Positions 37,801 to 46,647 of a stretch of DNA of 64,000 nt are shown in pieces. Location: NCBI GenBank assembly GCA_934464775.1, contig CAKSKG010000006.1, positions 5,545 through 69,544 of the forward strand, in the 5' to 3' direction. Both the position numbers and the translations under genes were made by a program. Within the stretch, counting starts at the first letter, position 1. Each line of letters begins with the position of its first letter. The notes under the pieces were generated by a model. It was not told the origin of the DNA, made no database searches, and saw only the letters and a program-made list of their open reading frames with translations. The stretch comes from an uncultured Oscillospiraceae bacterium. Lineage in GTDB: Bacteria; Bacillota; Clostridia; Oscillospirales; Ruminococcaceae.

Positions 37801-38077
37801 AGCAGGCGGAACGGGACTGAATCTCACGGGAGCGGATATCGTTATCCATTATGACCCGTGGTGGAACGTTTCTGCGGAAAATCAGGCTACCGACCGTGCA
37901 TACCGTATCGGTCAGAAAAACAGCGTGGCGGTATACAAGCTGATATCCAAGAACACTATCGAAGAAAAAATACAGGAAATGCAGAAAAACAAAAAGGAGC
38001 TTGCGGATATGGCGGTAAGCGGCGACGGCAGCATCATGCAGATGTCCCCTGCCGATATCATGAGCATACTTGACTGA
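34859..38077 (+). CDS. SNF2-family helicase/ATPase with an N-terminal SWIM zinc finger
   Basis: ATG at 34859 follows GGAGG. CSCPAKCDKYGYCRHVVAAL is a SWIM finger. LADDMGLGKTIQ (motif I), FIDEAQFIKN (DEAQ box), and a C-terminal helicase domain ...QATDRAYRIGQ. Confidence 0.9.
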   Translation: MLDKNKIKSYAWSSDTYFNGNDDFYNQYAEIEDITVDTDGDTNISARVSSENGNIYECDVTLKGENNDSVIFAACSCPAKCDKYGYCRHVVAALLQYTSLGTRNIMSRKKRLSSPMVNSLIYEYNKLAESEPEYISPQDKVTIQPCIDVYADGLTLSLKIGRQKMYVVKNIPQLIEDVENNTVRAYGKGLEIRHSREILTEESRSLLDFVANIINISSSSRSYYYSYADRSKYVTLRDNLIEKFFRMLPDNQIIADGRQCRICYDDPDVTMRLEKSDGGIYTLTAISAMQIIGKGRRACFYDDYHGVFYLCSPKFSTAVSGLFRAMQKSGMELDITENDMQAFYTSVIVPVKKYIHIEGDGELEKYIPPEAEIRLYLDSPSPSEVCGRLEFTYGSSTFSAFGDKSKNPVCDIRTENMAERAVLKYFTLNENDDHHPLIAAGDDSIYRLFSEGVPDLTNIMEVYASERFNNMSIRPPVRPTVGVRPKSGLLALDIDTDGYTVKELAQMLASYRRGMKYHRLRDGSFVSLTQSGIEDFAELADGLNITDKALLKENITVPRYRMLYLDSLQERSGGMRLKRSSDFRNAVRAFSDISSAEYDIPSDLDGEMREYQVYGFKWLKTISAYGFGGILADDMGLGKTIQSIALMLSAREENRQKGVHGTFLVVCPSSLTLNWESELHRFAPTLKASVIIGTAPVRARKISEYAEYDVLITSYSMLTRDIAEYEDKEFQIQFIDEAQFIKNHNTQASKAVKGIKSSIRFALTGTPVENSLAELWSIYDFIMPDYLFGYTHFKQTYETPIVKNADQHAVEALRKITSPFILRRLKKDVLTELPDKTEITLTSEMTEEQQKIYAANVLSMKKRLKEKFLAANPNEGKIEILAMLTRLRQICCDPSLVYENYTSGSAKLEQCMDLIESCVTSGHKVLLFSQFTSMLDIIERRLKREGIGYYILTGATKADERLRLVNSFNKDDTPVFMISLKAGGTGLNLTGADIVIHYDPWWNVSAENQATDRAYRIGQKNSVAVYKLISKNTIEEKIQEMQKNKKELADMAVSGDGSIMQMSPADIMSILD

Positions 38078-38132
38078 TGATTTCTGATATTATCTATATA
38101 TAGTTGTTTAATAGGTATTTAACAGGAATATA

Positions 38133-38161
38133 TTGACTGGACCGACAGAAAATGATATAAT
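38133..38161 (+). promoter_or_regulatory. sigma-A-type promoter upstream of the esterase-metF-metH genes
   Basis: TTGACT (38133..38138), 17-nt spacer, TATAAT (38156..38161). Confidence 0.55.
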
Positions 38162-38210
38162 GATACAATGTAAAATAATCTTCGCAGAAATGCGGAACAG
38201 GAGAATAAAT

Positions 38211-39734
38211 ATGGGAATGCTTAATGCGGCTGCGGTTTTCAGCAGCAATATGGTATTGCAGAGGGGCAAGAACCTTAATATATGGGGCACTGACTGCGAC
38301 GGCAGAACAGTTACCATAAATTTCTGCGGCAGCACGGTGTCGGCTGATGTTGAGCATCACAAATGGAGCATGATACTCCCTGCCGTGAACGAATATGCGG
38401 ACGGACTTGCAATGACAATATCCGACGGAACGGAAACCGTTGTATTTGACAACATCTGCATCGGCGAGGTGTGGCTGGCAGGCGGTCAGTCCAACATGGA
38501 GCTTGAGCTTCAAAACAGCCTTAACGGCGGCGAGATGCTGAAAACCGTTTCCGACAGCAATGTCCGCTTCTATTACACAAAGAAAAACGCCTATATCGAC
38601 GATTATTTCTTTATCGACGAAAGAAACGGCGGCTGGCAGACTGCTTCCGAGGAAAATTCACGCTGCTGGTCGGCAGTGGGCTTTTACTTCGCACGCAGGC
38701 TTGCCGCAGAGCTTGGCTGCACCGTGGGAGTTATCGGCTGCAACTGGGGCGGCACCTCCGCCTCCGCATGGATAAGCCGTGACAGGCTCCTTACGGACGC
38801 CGACACACGCTCCTATGTTGATGAATATGACGAAGCCATGAAGGACAAGACCTATGACGAATATCTCCGTGATCTGGACGATTACCGCCGCTGGGAGGAC
38901 GCATGGCAGCCCAAGATAAACGAGTATTATTCGCTTCACCCCACAGACGGAAACTGGGACGATGCACAGGCTTATGCGGGAAGTCTTTCACGCTGGCCCG
39001 AGCCTCTCGGTCCCCACTCTCCTTTCAGGGCAGGTGGAGTTTACGAGACTATGCTCAGAAGAGTCATGCCCTATACGCTGGCAGGCTTTATCTACTATCA
39101 GGGCGAATCGGACGATCACAAGCCCAATACATATTATAAGCTGCTGAAAATGCTGATAGATCAGTGGCGTGATGATTGGAAGGACGATACTCTTCCGATG
39201 ATGCTGGTTCAGCTGCCGATGTTCGCAAATTCGGGCGAGGAAAAGGATACGAACTGGAGCCTTATCCGTGAAGCACAGATGCGGGTTCATGATACGGTAA
39301 ATCACACCGGAATAGCCGTTATCCTTGACAAGGGCGAGCTGAACAACATTCACCCCGTTGAAAAGGAAACTGCGGGAAACCGTCTTGCTTTGCAGGCAAT
39401 GTATCATGTATACAAAACGATCTCCGCAGAAAAGGCATATGGCCCGATATTCAGCGGATACAGATACAATGACGGCGGCATCACTGCCGAATTCAGATAC
39501 GGCGAAAATATGCACGCCGAGGGCGAGCTTTCGGGCTTTGAGATCGCAGGTGCGGACAGAAAATTCTTCCCCGCAAAGGCAGAGATAAAGGGCAGCACGG
39601 TATTCATCTCCTCCGATGAGGTGAAAAAGCCCGTATATGCAAGATACAACTGGGTCAAGTACGGAAGCGTAACTCTGTTCGGCGAAAACGGCATTCCTGC
39701 CGCACCTTTCAGAACCTCCAGAGACGATACATAA
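38211..39734 (+). CDS. sialate O-acetylesterase-like (SASA/DUF303 carbohydrate esterase) protein
   Basis: ATG at 38211 follows AGGAG. FSSNMVLQRGKNLNIWG and GEVWLAGGQSNME (GQSN catalytic Ser), ...YQGESD. Confidence 0.8.
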   Translation: MGMLNAAAVFSSNMVLQRGKNLNIWGTDCDGRTVTINFCGSTVSADVEHHKWSMILPAVNEYADGLAMTISDGTETVVFDNICIGEVWLAGGQSNMELELQNSLNGGEMLKTVSDSNVRFYYTKKNAYIDDYFFIDERNGGWQTASEENSRCWSAVGFYFARRLAAELGCTVGVIGCNWGGTSASAWISRDRLLTDADTRSYVDEYDEAMKDKTYDEYLRDLDDYRRWEDAWQPKINEYYSLHPTDGNWDDAQAYAGSLSRWPEPLGPHSPFRAGGVYETMLRRVMPYTLAGFIYYQGESDDHKPNTYYKLLKMLIDQWRDDWKDDTLPMMLVQLPMFANSGEEKDTNWSLIREAQMRVHDTVNHTGIAVILDKGELNNIHPVEKETAGNRLALQAMYHVYKTISAEKAYGPIFSGYRYNDGGITAEFRYGENMHAEGELSGFEIAGADRKFFPAKAEIKGSTVFISSDEVKKPVYARYNWVKYGSVTLFGENGIPAAPFRTSRDDT

Positions 39735-39762
39735 TACATATTATATATAAAGGAATAATGCA

Positions 39763-40620
39763 ATGAAAATTTCAGAAAAATTCAAGCAGGGACGCACCGT
39801 ATTTTCTTTCGAGGTGTTTCCTCCCAAAAAGACAAGCTCCGTTGATACGGTCTACAAGGCACTTGATGAAATGAAGGAGCTTTTCCCCGATTTCATCAGC
39901 GTTACATACGGCGCAGGCGGAACCTCCGTCAACAATTTTACGGCGCAGATAGCCTCATATATCAACGATATGGGCATAACCGCCGCAGCGCATCTCACCT
40001 GCGTGAACAACAACAAGTCCGATATTCTTGAAGTCCTTGCCGATTTCAAAAAGAGAGGCATTGAAAATATCCTCGCACTCAGAGGAGACATTCCCGAGGG
40101 CGTTACTCCCAAGGAGGATTTCAAGTATGCTTCCGACCTTGTCCGCTTTATAAAGGCAAACGGAGATTTCCATGTCAGCGGCGGCTGCTATCCCGAGGTA
40201 CACCCCGAAGCTCCCGACATGATAACCGATATCCGTCACCTCAAAGAAAAGGTGGACGCAGGCGCAGAGCATCTTATGAGCCAGCTTTTCTTTGACAATG
40301 CCGTGTTCTATGATTTTCTTGAAAAGGCACGCATTGCAGGAATAAATGTGCCTATCGAAGCAGGAATAATGCCTGTCACAAACAAGAATCAGATCGAGCG
40401 CATGGTAGCTCTCTGCGGAGCGAGCCTGCCCTCGAAATTCTCAAAGATGATAAGCCGCTACGAGCATAATCCCGAGGCTCTCCGTGATGCAGGCATAGCC
40501 TATGCAGTGGATCAGATCGTTGATCTTATCTCAAACGGAGTTGACGGCATTCATCTTTACACAATGAACAATCCTTATATCGCACGCAAGATAAGCGAAA
40601 GCGTAAAGTCGCTTCTGTAA
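39763..40620 (+). CDS. metF: methylenetetrahydrofolate reductase
   Basis: 285 aa. FSFEVFPPK...SVTYGAGG...LTC...ALRGD. Confidence 0.9.
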   Translation: MKISEKFKQGRTVFSFEVFPPKKTSSVDTVYKALDEMKELFPDFISVTYGAGGTSVNNFTAQIASYINDMGITAAAHLTCVNNNKSDILEVLADFKKRGIENILALRGDIPEGVTPKEDFKYASDLVRFIKANGDFHVSGGCYPEVHPEAPDMITDIRHLKEKVDAGAEHLMSQLFFDNAVFYDFLEKARIAGINVPIEAGIMPVTNKNQIERMVALCGASLPSKFSKMISRYEHNPEALRDAGIAYAVDQIVDLISNGVDGIHLYTMNNPYIARKISESVKSLL

Positions 40621-40622
40621 TC

Positions 40623-41306
40623 ATGGACAATATCACTATAACCGAAATAAACCGTGAAGAAGCATTCAGATACATGGCTGCGGAGGGCTTTACTCCCGAC
40701 GGCGTGCTTGCGGACCTTGCGGACGAATGCGAAAGGCGGCTTATTGAAACGGTGCGCCCGAGATACACTTATAAAGTATATCCCATTGAATCGAACAACG
40801 GAAGCGAGACTGTCCTTTCGGGCTTTCCCGCAAAGCTTGAGGGAAAGGATATTTCCAATCTGCTGGAGGGCTGCCATTCGGCAGTTGTGATGTGTGCCAC
40901 TATCGGCGCAGAAGCAGATGCACTTATCCGCAGAATGCAGGCGGAGGACATGGCAAAGGCGGTCATGACCGACAGCTTCGCAAGCGTTGCGGCGGAGCAG
41001 GTGTGCAATGCATTTGATGAGATAATACGTGAAAAATATCCCGACAAATTCATCACATGGAGATTTTCACCCGGCTACGGCGATTTTCCCATATCAATAC
41101 AGAAAAAGCTTCTGGAGGCGCTGAACGCAATGCGCCTTGCGGGAGTCTGTCTGAATCCGTCGGGAATGCTCACTCCCGTAAAATCGGTAACGGCAGTCTG
41201 CGGAATATCCGATCACGAGCTGCCAAAGCGCCGCAGAGGCTGCGCTTCCTGCACCATGAAGGGTCGGTGCGCATACAGAAAGAGAGGTACCCGCTGTGAA
41301 TTTTAA
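40623..41306 (+). CDS. methionine synthase activation (reactivation/SAM-binding) domain protein, encoded separately
   Basis: 227 aa. Lies between metF and metH. ...FSPGYGDFPI... is typical of the Met_synt_B12 domain. Cys-rich tail CASCTMKGRCAYR. Overlaps the metH start by 11 nt. Confidence 0.7.
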   Translation: MDNITITEINREEAFRYMAAEGFTPDGVLADLADECERRLIETVRPRYTYKVYPIESNNGSETVLSGFPAKLEGKDISNLLEGCHSAVVMCATIGAEADALIRRMQAEDMAKAVMTDSFASVAAEQVCNAFDEIIREKYPDKFITWRFSPGYGDFPISIQKKLLEALNAMRLAGVCLNPSGMLTPVKSVTAVCGISDHELPKRRRGCASCTMKGRCAYRKRGTRCEF

Positions 41307-43692
41307 ACAGCTTTTGAACGATAACGAATTTGTATTCCTGGACGGTGCCATGGGTACAATGCTCCAGGCAAAGGGAATGCAGCCGGGCGAAACTCCCGAG
41401 CTTATCAACATTGAAAAGCCCGAATGGACCGAGGATATCCACCGCAGCTACATCGAAGCAGGCTCAATGATAGTTTACGCCAACACCTTCGGCGCAAACC
41501 GCTACAAGCTTGAGGAATGCGGAAAAACTCCCGACGAGCTTATCCCCCCCGCAATCGAAAATGCAAAAAAGGCAGTTCACGGAAAGGGTCTTGTTGCCCT
41601 TGATATCGGACCTATCGGTCAGCTGCTTGAACCTACCGGAAGTCTCACATTTGATGAGGCTTATGAGCTTTTCAAAGAAATGATAATCGAAGGAAAGGAC
41701 GCAGACGTTATCGTTATCGAAACGATGACCGATCTTTACGAAACAAAGGCGGCTCTCCTTGCGGCAAAGGAAAACAGCAGCCTGCCCGTTATCGTAACAA
41801 TGACCTTTGAGCAGAATATGCGCACATTTACGGGCTGCTCCGTAAGCTCAATGGCAGTCACTCTTGAAGGTCTGGGCGCAGATGCGATCGGCGTAAACTG
41901 CTCTCTCGGTCCCCGTGAGCTTTATCCCGTTGTGGAGGAGCTTTCAAAGTGGACAACACTTCCTATCGTGCTGAAGCCCAACGCAGGTCTGCCCGACCCC
42001 GAAACGGGACTGTATGACGTTACTCCCGAGGAATTTGCCGAAAGCGCAGCCCAGCTGGTAAAGCTTGGCGTAAAGATATTCGGCGGCTGCTGCGGCACCA
42101 CACCCGATTATATCCGTGCGCTGGTAAAGCGTCTTTCAACGGAAAAATATGTGAAGCTTGAAAAGCATATCCCCCCTGCGGTGTGCTGTCCCGCAAATAC
42201 GGTCGTTATCGACCAGCCGAGAATAATCGGCGAAAGGATCAACCCCACAGGCAAAAAGCGCTTTAAAGAAGCGCTGATAAACGGCGATGTGGACTACATT
42301 TTAAGTCAGGCTATAGAGCAGGCTCAGGCAGGCGCTGATATCCTTGATGTAAACGTAGGTCTGCCCGATATCGACGAAGAGGGCATGATGTTGAGAGCTG
42401 TAAAGGCTATCCAGGGCATCACCGATCTGCCATTGCAGATAGATTCAACAATGCCAAACGTGCTTGAACACGCCCTTAGAATATACAACGGAAAGCCTAT
42501 CGTCAATTCGGTCAACGGCGAGGAAAAATCATTGCAGAACGTTCTGCCGCTGGTAAAGAAATACGGTGCCTGCGTTGTTGGACTTACCCTTGACGAAAAC
42601 GGTATCCCCAAAACCGCAGACGAGCGCTTTGCAATTGCCGAAAAGATCCTTGACCGTGCTCTTGCGATCGGCATTCGCCGCGAAGATGTGTTCATCGACT
42701 GCCTTACCCTCACCGCATCGGCAGAGCAGGCAGGAGTTATGGAAACGGTTAAGGCAGTGTACCGTGTAAAGCATGAGCTGGGACTGAAAACGGTTCTCGG
42801 CGTGTCAAACATATCCTTCGGTCTGCCGAACCGTGAGCTTGTGAACTGCAACTTCCTGCAAATGTGCCTTACAAACGGACTCGACCTGCCTATCATGAAC
42901 CCCAATGTTGCATCAATGACAGGCGCAGTCAGGGCATACAAGGTGCTGACGAACATCGACGTCAACTCCATGGACTACATCAAGGCATACAACGGCGTGA
43001 AGATGACAACATCTGTAAGCCAGCAGAACACGGCTGCATCTGCTCCCGCAGCGGAAGCAGGTTCTTCTGACAGCAGCGGACTTCTCCATGCAGTCGAAAG
43101 CGGACTTAAAGCCGAAGCCGCAAAGATAACCGAAAAAATGCTGGAAACGGACGATGCAATGGATATCATTGACAAGATCCTTATTCCTGCGCTGGATAAA
43201 ATAGGTGCGGATTTTGAAGCGGGAAGAATATTCCTGCCCCAGCTGATACTTTCCGCAGGCGTTGCCCAGTCCTGCTTTGATGTTATCAAGAAAAAGCTTG
43301 CATCGGGCAGCAGCGAGCCTGTTGCAAAGGGCAAGGTCATTCTTGCGACCGTAAAGGGCGATATCCACGATATCGGAAAAAATATCGTCAAGGTGCTGCT
43401 GGAAAACTACGGCTATGATGTTATAGATCTTGGCCGTGACGTTGAGCCTCAGCTGGTAGTTGATACGGCAATTGCTCAGGACGTGCGCCTTGTTGGACTT
43501 TCCGCACTTATGACAACAACGCTTAAATCAATGGAAGCAACGATAGATCTGCTCCATAAGAATAATGTAAACTGCAAGATCGTAGTTGGCGGAGCCGTTC
43601 TCACCCCCGAATATGCGGAAAAGATCGGTGCGGACTTCTATGCAAGGGACGCAAAGGCAACGGTTGACGTAGCAAAACAGATATACGGATAA
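41296..43692 (+). CDS. metH: cobalamin-dependent methionine synthase (Hcy-methyltransferase, pterin-binding, B12-cap and B12-binding domains; no activation domain)
   Basis: 798 aa with a GTG start. LDGAMGT..., GGCCGTTP, and the B12 motif GDIHDIGKNIV...SALMTTT. Confidence 0.9.
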   Translation: MNFKQLLNDNEFVFLDGAMGTMLQAKGMQPGETPELINIEKPEWTEDIHRSYIEAGSMIVYANTFGANRYKLEECGKTPDELIPPAIENAKKAVHGKGLVALDIGPIGQLLEPTGSLTFDEAYELFKEMIIEGKDADVIVIETMTDLYETKAALLAAKENSSLPVIVTMTFEQNMRTFTGCSVSSMAVTLEGLGADAIGVNCSLGPRELYPVVEELSKWTTLPIVLKPNAGLPDPETGLYDVTPEEFAESAAQLVKLGVKIFGGCCGTTPDYIRALVKRLSTEKYVKLEKHIPPAVCCPANTVVIDQPRIIGERINPTGKKRFKEALINGDVDYILSQAIEQAQAGADILDVNVGLPDIDEEGMMLRAVKAIQGITDLPLQIDSTMPNVLEHALRIYNGKPIVNSVNGEEKSLQNVLPLVKKYGACVVGLTLDENGIPKTADERFAIAEKILDRALAIGIRREDVFIDCLTLTASAEQAGVMETVKAVYRVKHELGLKTVLGVSNISFGLPNRELVNCNFLQMCLTNGLDLPIMNPNVASMTGAVRAYKVLTNIDVNSMDYIKAYNGVKMTTSVSQQNTAASAPAAEAGSSDSSGLLHAVESGLKAEAAKITEKMLETDDAMDIIDKILIPALDKIGADFEAGRIFLPQLILSAGVAQSCFDVIKKKLASGSSEPVAKGKVILATVKGDIHDIGKNIVKVLLENYGYDVIDLGRDVEPQLVVDTAIAQDVRLVGLSALMTTTLKSMEATIDLLHKNNVNCKIVVGGAVLTPEYAEKIGADFYARDAKATVDVAKQIYG

Positions 43693-43737
43693 AAAAGTAC
43701 AGATGCGTCGGCATGATGATATAAGTCATGCCGATGC

Positions 43738-43917
43738 TTAAGGTCGCATCTAAAAACCATAGTATCTCAGATGCGCAGTCAGATTTTTCGTCAGATTGTA
43801 TAGAAATTTCGCAGGCATACTGGCGTATGTCAAGAAATTTATGTGCAAGCTGACGGAAAATATGCAAGCATATGAGGTACTAAGGCTTCAGCCGGTGGTT
43901 TTTAGAGGTGACCTTAA
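43738..43917 (+). repeat. long imperfect-palindrome element, copy B (same family as 28877..29045)
   Basis: Terminal inverted repeat TTAAGGTCGCATCTAAAAACCA with TGGTTTTTAGAGGTGACCTTAA. Nested helices carry about six G-U pairs valid only on the plus strand. The apical GCAG/CAA internal loop is shared with copy A. Confidence 0.7.
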
Positions 43918-44006
43918 ATGTATTTTAAGTGCAAAATATACAGCAAAATCGGAAATGCATACAATAAATTTATGCGGAAATATTTTAAAAAAGCTCCGAA
44001 AAAGCC

Positions 44007-44036
44007 TTGACAAATGTGTTTGATGTGTGTTATAAT
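44007..44036 (+). promoter_or_regulatory. sigma-A-type promoter for rpmG-secE-nusG
   Basis: TTGACA (44007..44012), 18-nt spacer, TATAAT (44031..44036). Confidence 0.55.
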
Positions 44037-44176
44037 AGTAATACCTCTTATGGAGGTTTATTTTTTTGCATTTTTGCAGATAAAAAACCTCCGGCGCAAA
44101 AGCGTCAGAGAGGGAGGCAGAGGGGATATTCCCCCATAAACGAAACGCTTGAAAAAGCATAACAGGAGGTGCCGAT

Positions 44177-44326
44177 ATGAGAGTAAAGGTAACATTGGCT
44201 TGTACAGAATGCAAGCAGCGCAACTACAACACCAAGAAGAACAAGAAGAATGACCCTGACAGACTTGAAATGAACAAATACTGCAAGTTCTGCAAGAAAC
44301 ACACTCTTCACAGAGAAACCAAGTAA
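44177..44326 (+). CDS. rpmG: 50S ribosomal protein L33
   Basis: Below the ORF-track size cutoff. Hand translation [55 protein letters not shown] lies 7 nt upstream. Confidence 0.95.
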   Translation: MRVKVTLACTECKQRNYNTKKNKKNDPDRLEMNKYCKFCKKHTLHRETK

Positions 44327-44344
44327 GCGAGGTGCTTCACGGGA

Positions 44345-44659
44345 ATGGCTAACAACAAAAAGCCCTCTAAGAACACTGTGCTCGCTCAGGCAGAAGCCAA
44401 GGCAGAGCAGATCGTAAACAGCAAGTCCAAGGAAAAGGCAAAAGGTGCCAAGTCCAAGGGCAAAAAGCAGAACCCCGTTGCAAAGTATTTCAGAGAGCTC
44501 AAGAGTGAATTCAAGAAGGTCGTATGGCCCTCTAAGAAAACAGTCATCAACAACACATTCGTTGTTCTGGTAACAATGGTTGCCAGCGCAATAGTTGTAT
44601 GGGGATTGGATTCGGCATTCTCTGCACTGCTCAAGCTGCTTGTTGATATTGTAAAGTAA
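44345..44659 (+). CDS. secE: preprotein translocase subunit SecE
   Basis: 104 aa. Lys-rich N-terminus, then ...FRELKSEFKKVVWPSKK... plus a single TM helix. Confidence 0.9.
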   Translation: MANNKKPSKNTVLAQAEAKAEQIVNSKSKEKAKGAKSKGKKQNPVAKYFRELKSEFKKVVWPSKKTVINNTFVVLVTMVASAIVVWGLDSAFSALLKLLVDIVK

Positions 44660-44695
44660 ACAAGCCTTCAAAAATTTCCCGAAAGGAAGATAATA

Positions 44696-45226
44696 ATGTC
44701 AGAAGAAGCAAAATGGTATGTCATTCATACTTATTCGGGCTATGAAAACAAGGTAGCGCAGACGATCATGAAGGTCGTTGAAAACCGTAAGCTTCATTCG
44801 CTTATAACAGATGTAATCGTCCCGACGGAAACCGCCGAGGAAATTACCGAAAGCGGAAAGAAGCACGAAGTTGAGCACAAGGTATTCCCCGGATATGTTC
44901 TGGTAAAGATGATACTTACAGACGATTCGTGGTACGTTGTAAGAAATACTCGCGGTGTGACCGGTTTCGTAGGCCCCGGATCAAAGCCCGTTCCTCTCAC
45001 AGACAGAGAGGTCGAAAAGCTGGGCGTTGAAAGAGGCAGAAGCGTTGAGGTCACTTTTGCCGTCGGCGACAATGTCAAAATCTCCGCAGGTCCTATGGAA
45101 GGATTTACGGGAACTGTTCAGTCAATTGACAAGGACGCAATGACGGTAGATGTTAAGGTTTCCATGTTCGGCAGAGAAACTCTTGCCACACTGGAGATCA
45201 CACAGGTAGTAAAGGCCGATTTCTGA
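44696..45226 (+). CDS. nusG: transcription termination/antitermination factor NusG
   Basis: 176 aa. WYVIHTYSGYENKV (NGN) and a KOW domain GDNVKISAGPMEGFTGTV. Confidence 0.95.
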   Translation: MSEEAKWYVIHTYSGYENKVAQTIMKVVENRKLHSLITDVIVPTETAEEITESGKKHEVEHKVFPGYVLVKMILTDDSWYVVRNTRGVTGFVGPGSKPVPLTDREVEKLGVERGRSVEVTFAVGDNVKISAGPMEGFTGTVQSIDKDAMTVDVKVSMFGRETLATLEITQVVKADF

Positions 45227-45301
45227 TCGGCGGAAAATTCAAAGACAAGAATGAAGCATTTTATATAATGCAGGTCATTCCGATTTATGGAGGTGTGCGT
45301 C

Positions 45302-45727
45302 ATGGCACAGAAAGTAGTTGGCTTAATTAAGCTTCAGATCGCAGCAGGTAAGGCTACACCTGCTCCCCCGGTTGGCCCCGCACTCGGTCAGCACGGCGTA
45401 AATATCATGGCCTTCACAAAGGAATTCAACGAGAGAACTAAGAACGATATCGGTCTTATTATCCCCGTTGTTATCACAGTATTCGCAGACCGTTCGTTCA
45501 CATTTATCACAAAGACTCCCCCTGCGGCTGTTCTTATCAAGAAGGAACTCGGTCTTGAGGCAGCTTCCGGCACACCTAACAAGACTAAGGTCGGAACACT
45601 TACAAAGGCTCAGGTCCAGAAGATCGCAGAGATCAAGATGCCTGACCTCAACGCTGCAAACCTCGAGTCTGCTATGAGCATGATCGCAGGTACAGCTCGT
45701 TCCATGGGCGTAGAGGTAGAAAAGTAA
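45302..45727 (+). CDS. rplK: 50S ribosomal protein L11
   Basis: ATG at 45302 follows [39 protein letters not shown]. Confidence 0.95.
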   Translation: MAQKVVGLIKLQIAAGKATPAPPVGPALGQHGVNIMAFTKEFNERTKNDIGLIIPVVITVFADRSFTFITKTPPAAVLIKKELGLEAASGTPNKTKVGTLTKAQVQKIAEIKMPDLNAANLESAMSMIAGTARSMGVEVEK

Positions 45728-45813
45728 TTGATCGTCCGCTAATTTTCGGTGGGAGGATATTTCCGCACAGGTCCGTATGATACGGATTACCACTTTTAGG
45801 AGGAATTTTGATA

Positions 45814-46509
45814 ATGAAACACGGTAAGAAATATATAGAGAGCGCAAAGGCTGTTGACAAGTCTAAGCTCTATGAGACATCCGATGCTCTGGCACTCGCT
45901 TGCCAGACTGCAAAGGCTAAGTTCGATGAAACTGTTGAGGCTCACATCCGTCTCGGCGTTGACTCCCGTCACGCTGACCAGCAGGTCAGAGGCGCTGTTA
46001 TTCTCCCCAACGGTACAGGTAAGAGCGTAAGAGTTTGCGTATTCTGCAAGGAAGACAAGTACGAGGCTGCTAAGGCAGCAGGCGCTGAGTTCGTTGGCGG
46101 TCAGGATCTGGTTGACAAGATCATGAAGGAAAACTGGATGGACTTCGACGTTGTTATCGCTTCTCCCGATATGATGGGTCTCGTTGGTCGTCTCGGTAAG
46201 GTTCTCGGTCCCCGCGGACTTATGCCTAACCCCAAGGCAGGTACAGTATCTCCCGACGTTGCTAAGGCTGTAACAGAGGCTAAGGCAGGTAAGATCGAGT
46301 ACCGTCTTGACAAGACAAACATCATTCACTGCCCTATCGGCAAGGTTTCTTTCGGTGCTGAAAAGCTCAACGAAAACCTTGACACACTTCTCGAGGCTGT
46401 TGCTAAGGCTAAGCCTGCTGCTGCAAAGGGTACTTACTTCAAGTCCTGCGTTGTTGCTACAACTATGGGCGTTGGTATCCCCGTTGCTACAACAAAGTAC
46501 GGTGTGTAA
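45814..46509 (+). CDS. rplA: 50S ribosomal protein L1
   Basis: ATG at 45814 follows AGGAGG. ...[24 protein letters not shown]... Confidence 0.95.
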   Translation: MKHGKKYIESAKAVDKSKLYETSDALALACQTAKAKFDETVEAHIRLGVDSRHADQQVRGAVILPNGTGKSVRVCVFCKEDKYEAAKAAGAEFVGGQDLVDKIMKENWMDFDVVIASPDMMGLVGRLGKVLGPRGLMPNPKAGTVSPDVAKAVTEAKAGKIEYRLDKTNIIHCPIGKVSFGAEKLNENLDTLLEAVAKAKPAAAKGTYFKSCVVATTMGVGIPVATTKYGV

Positions 46510-46542
46510 TATAATCGTATTGTAAAAAATACACAAAATATT

Positions 46543-46576
46543 CGTCGGAGGATAATAAATTCTCCGACGTTTTTTT
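46543..46576 (+). terminator. intrinsic terminator of the rplKA transcription unit
   Basis: CGTCGGAG pairs with CTCCGACG, followed by T7. Confidence 0.8.
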
Positions 46577-46647
46577 ATTGACTTTTCCTCAGAAACTGCT
46601 ATACTATAATATTGGTAAAATGTTTACGGAAAGGCATGGTAACAATT

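Noticed and set aside
34859-38077. The SNF2/SWIM helicase as part of a defence system (DISARM/BREX/Zorya-like).
   Set aside because: No methyltransferase, nuclease, PLD, DUF1998 or other partner genes are adjacent. It is a monocistronic unit with its own promoter, flanked by a GNAT gene and an esterase gene, which is consistent with the widespread stand-alone YwqA/RapA-like helicases.
45728-45813. The rplK-rplA spacer as an L1-binding regulatory leader.
   Set aside because: It contains GGGAGG and a small hairpin, but I cannot show a mimic of the 23S L1 site by eye. The spacer is short and may hold only the rplA RBS.
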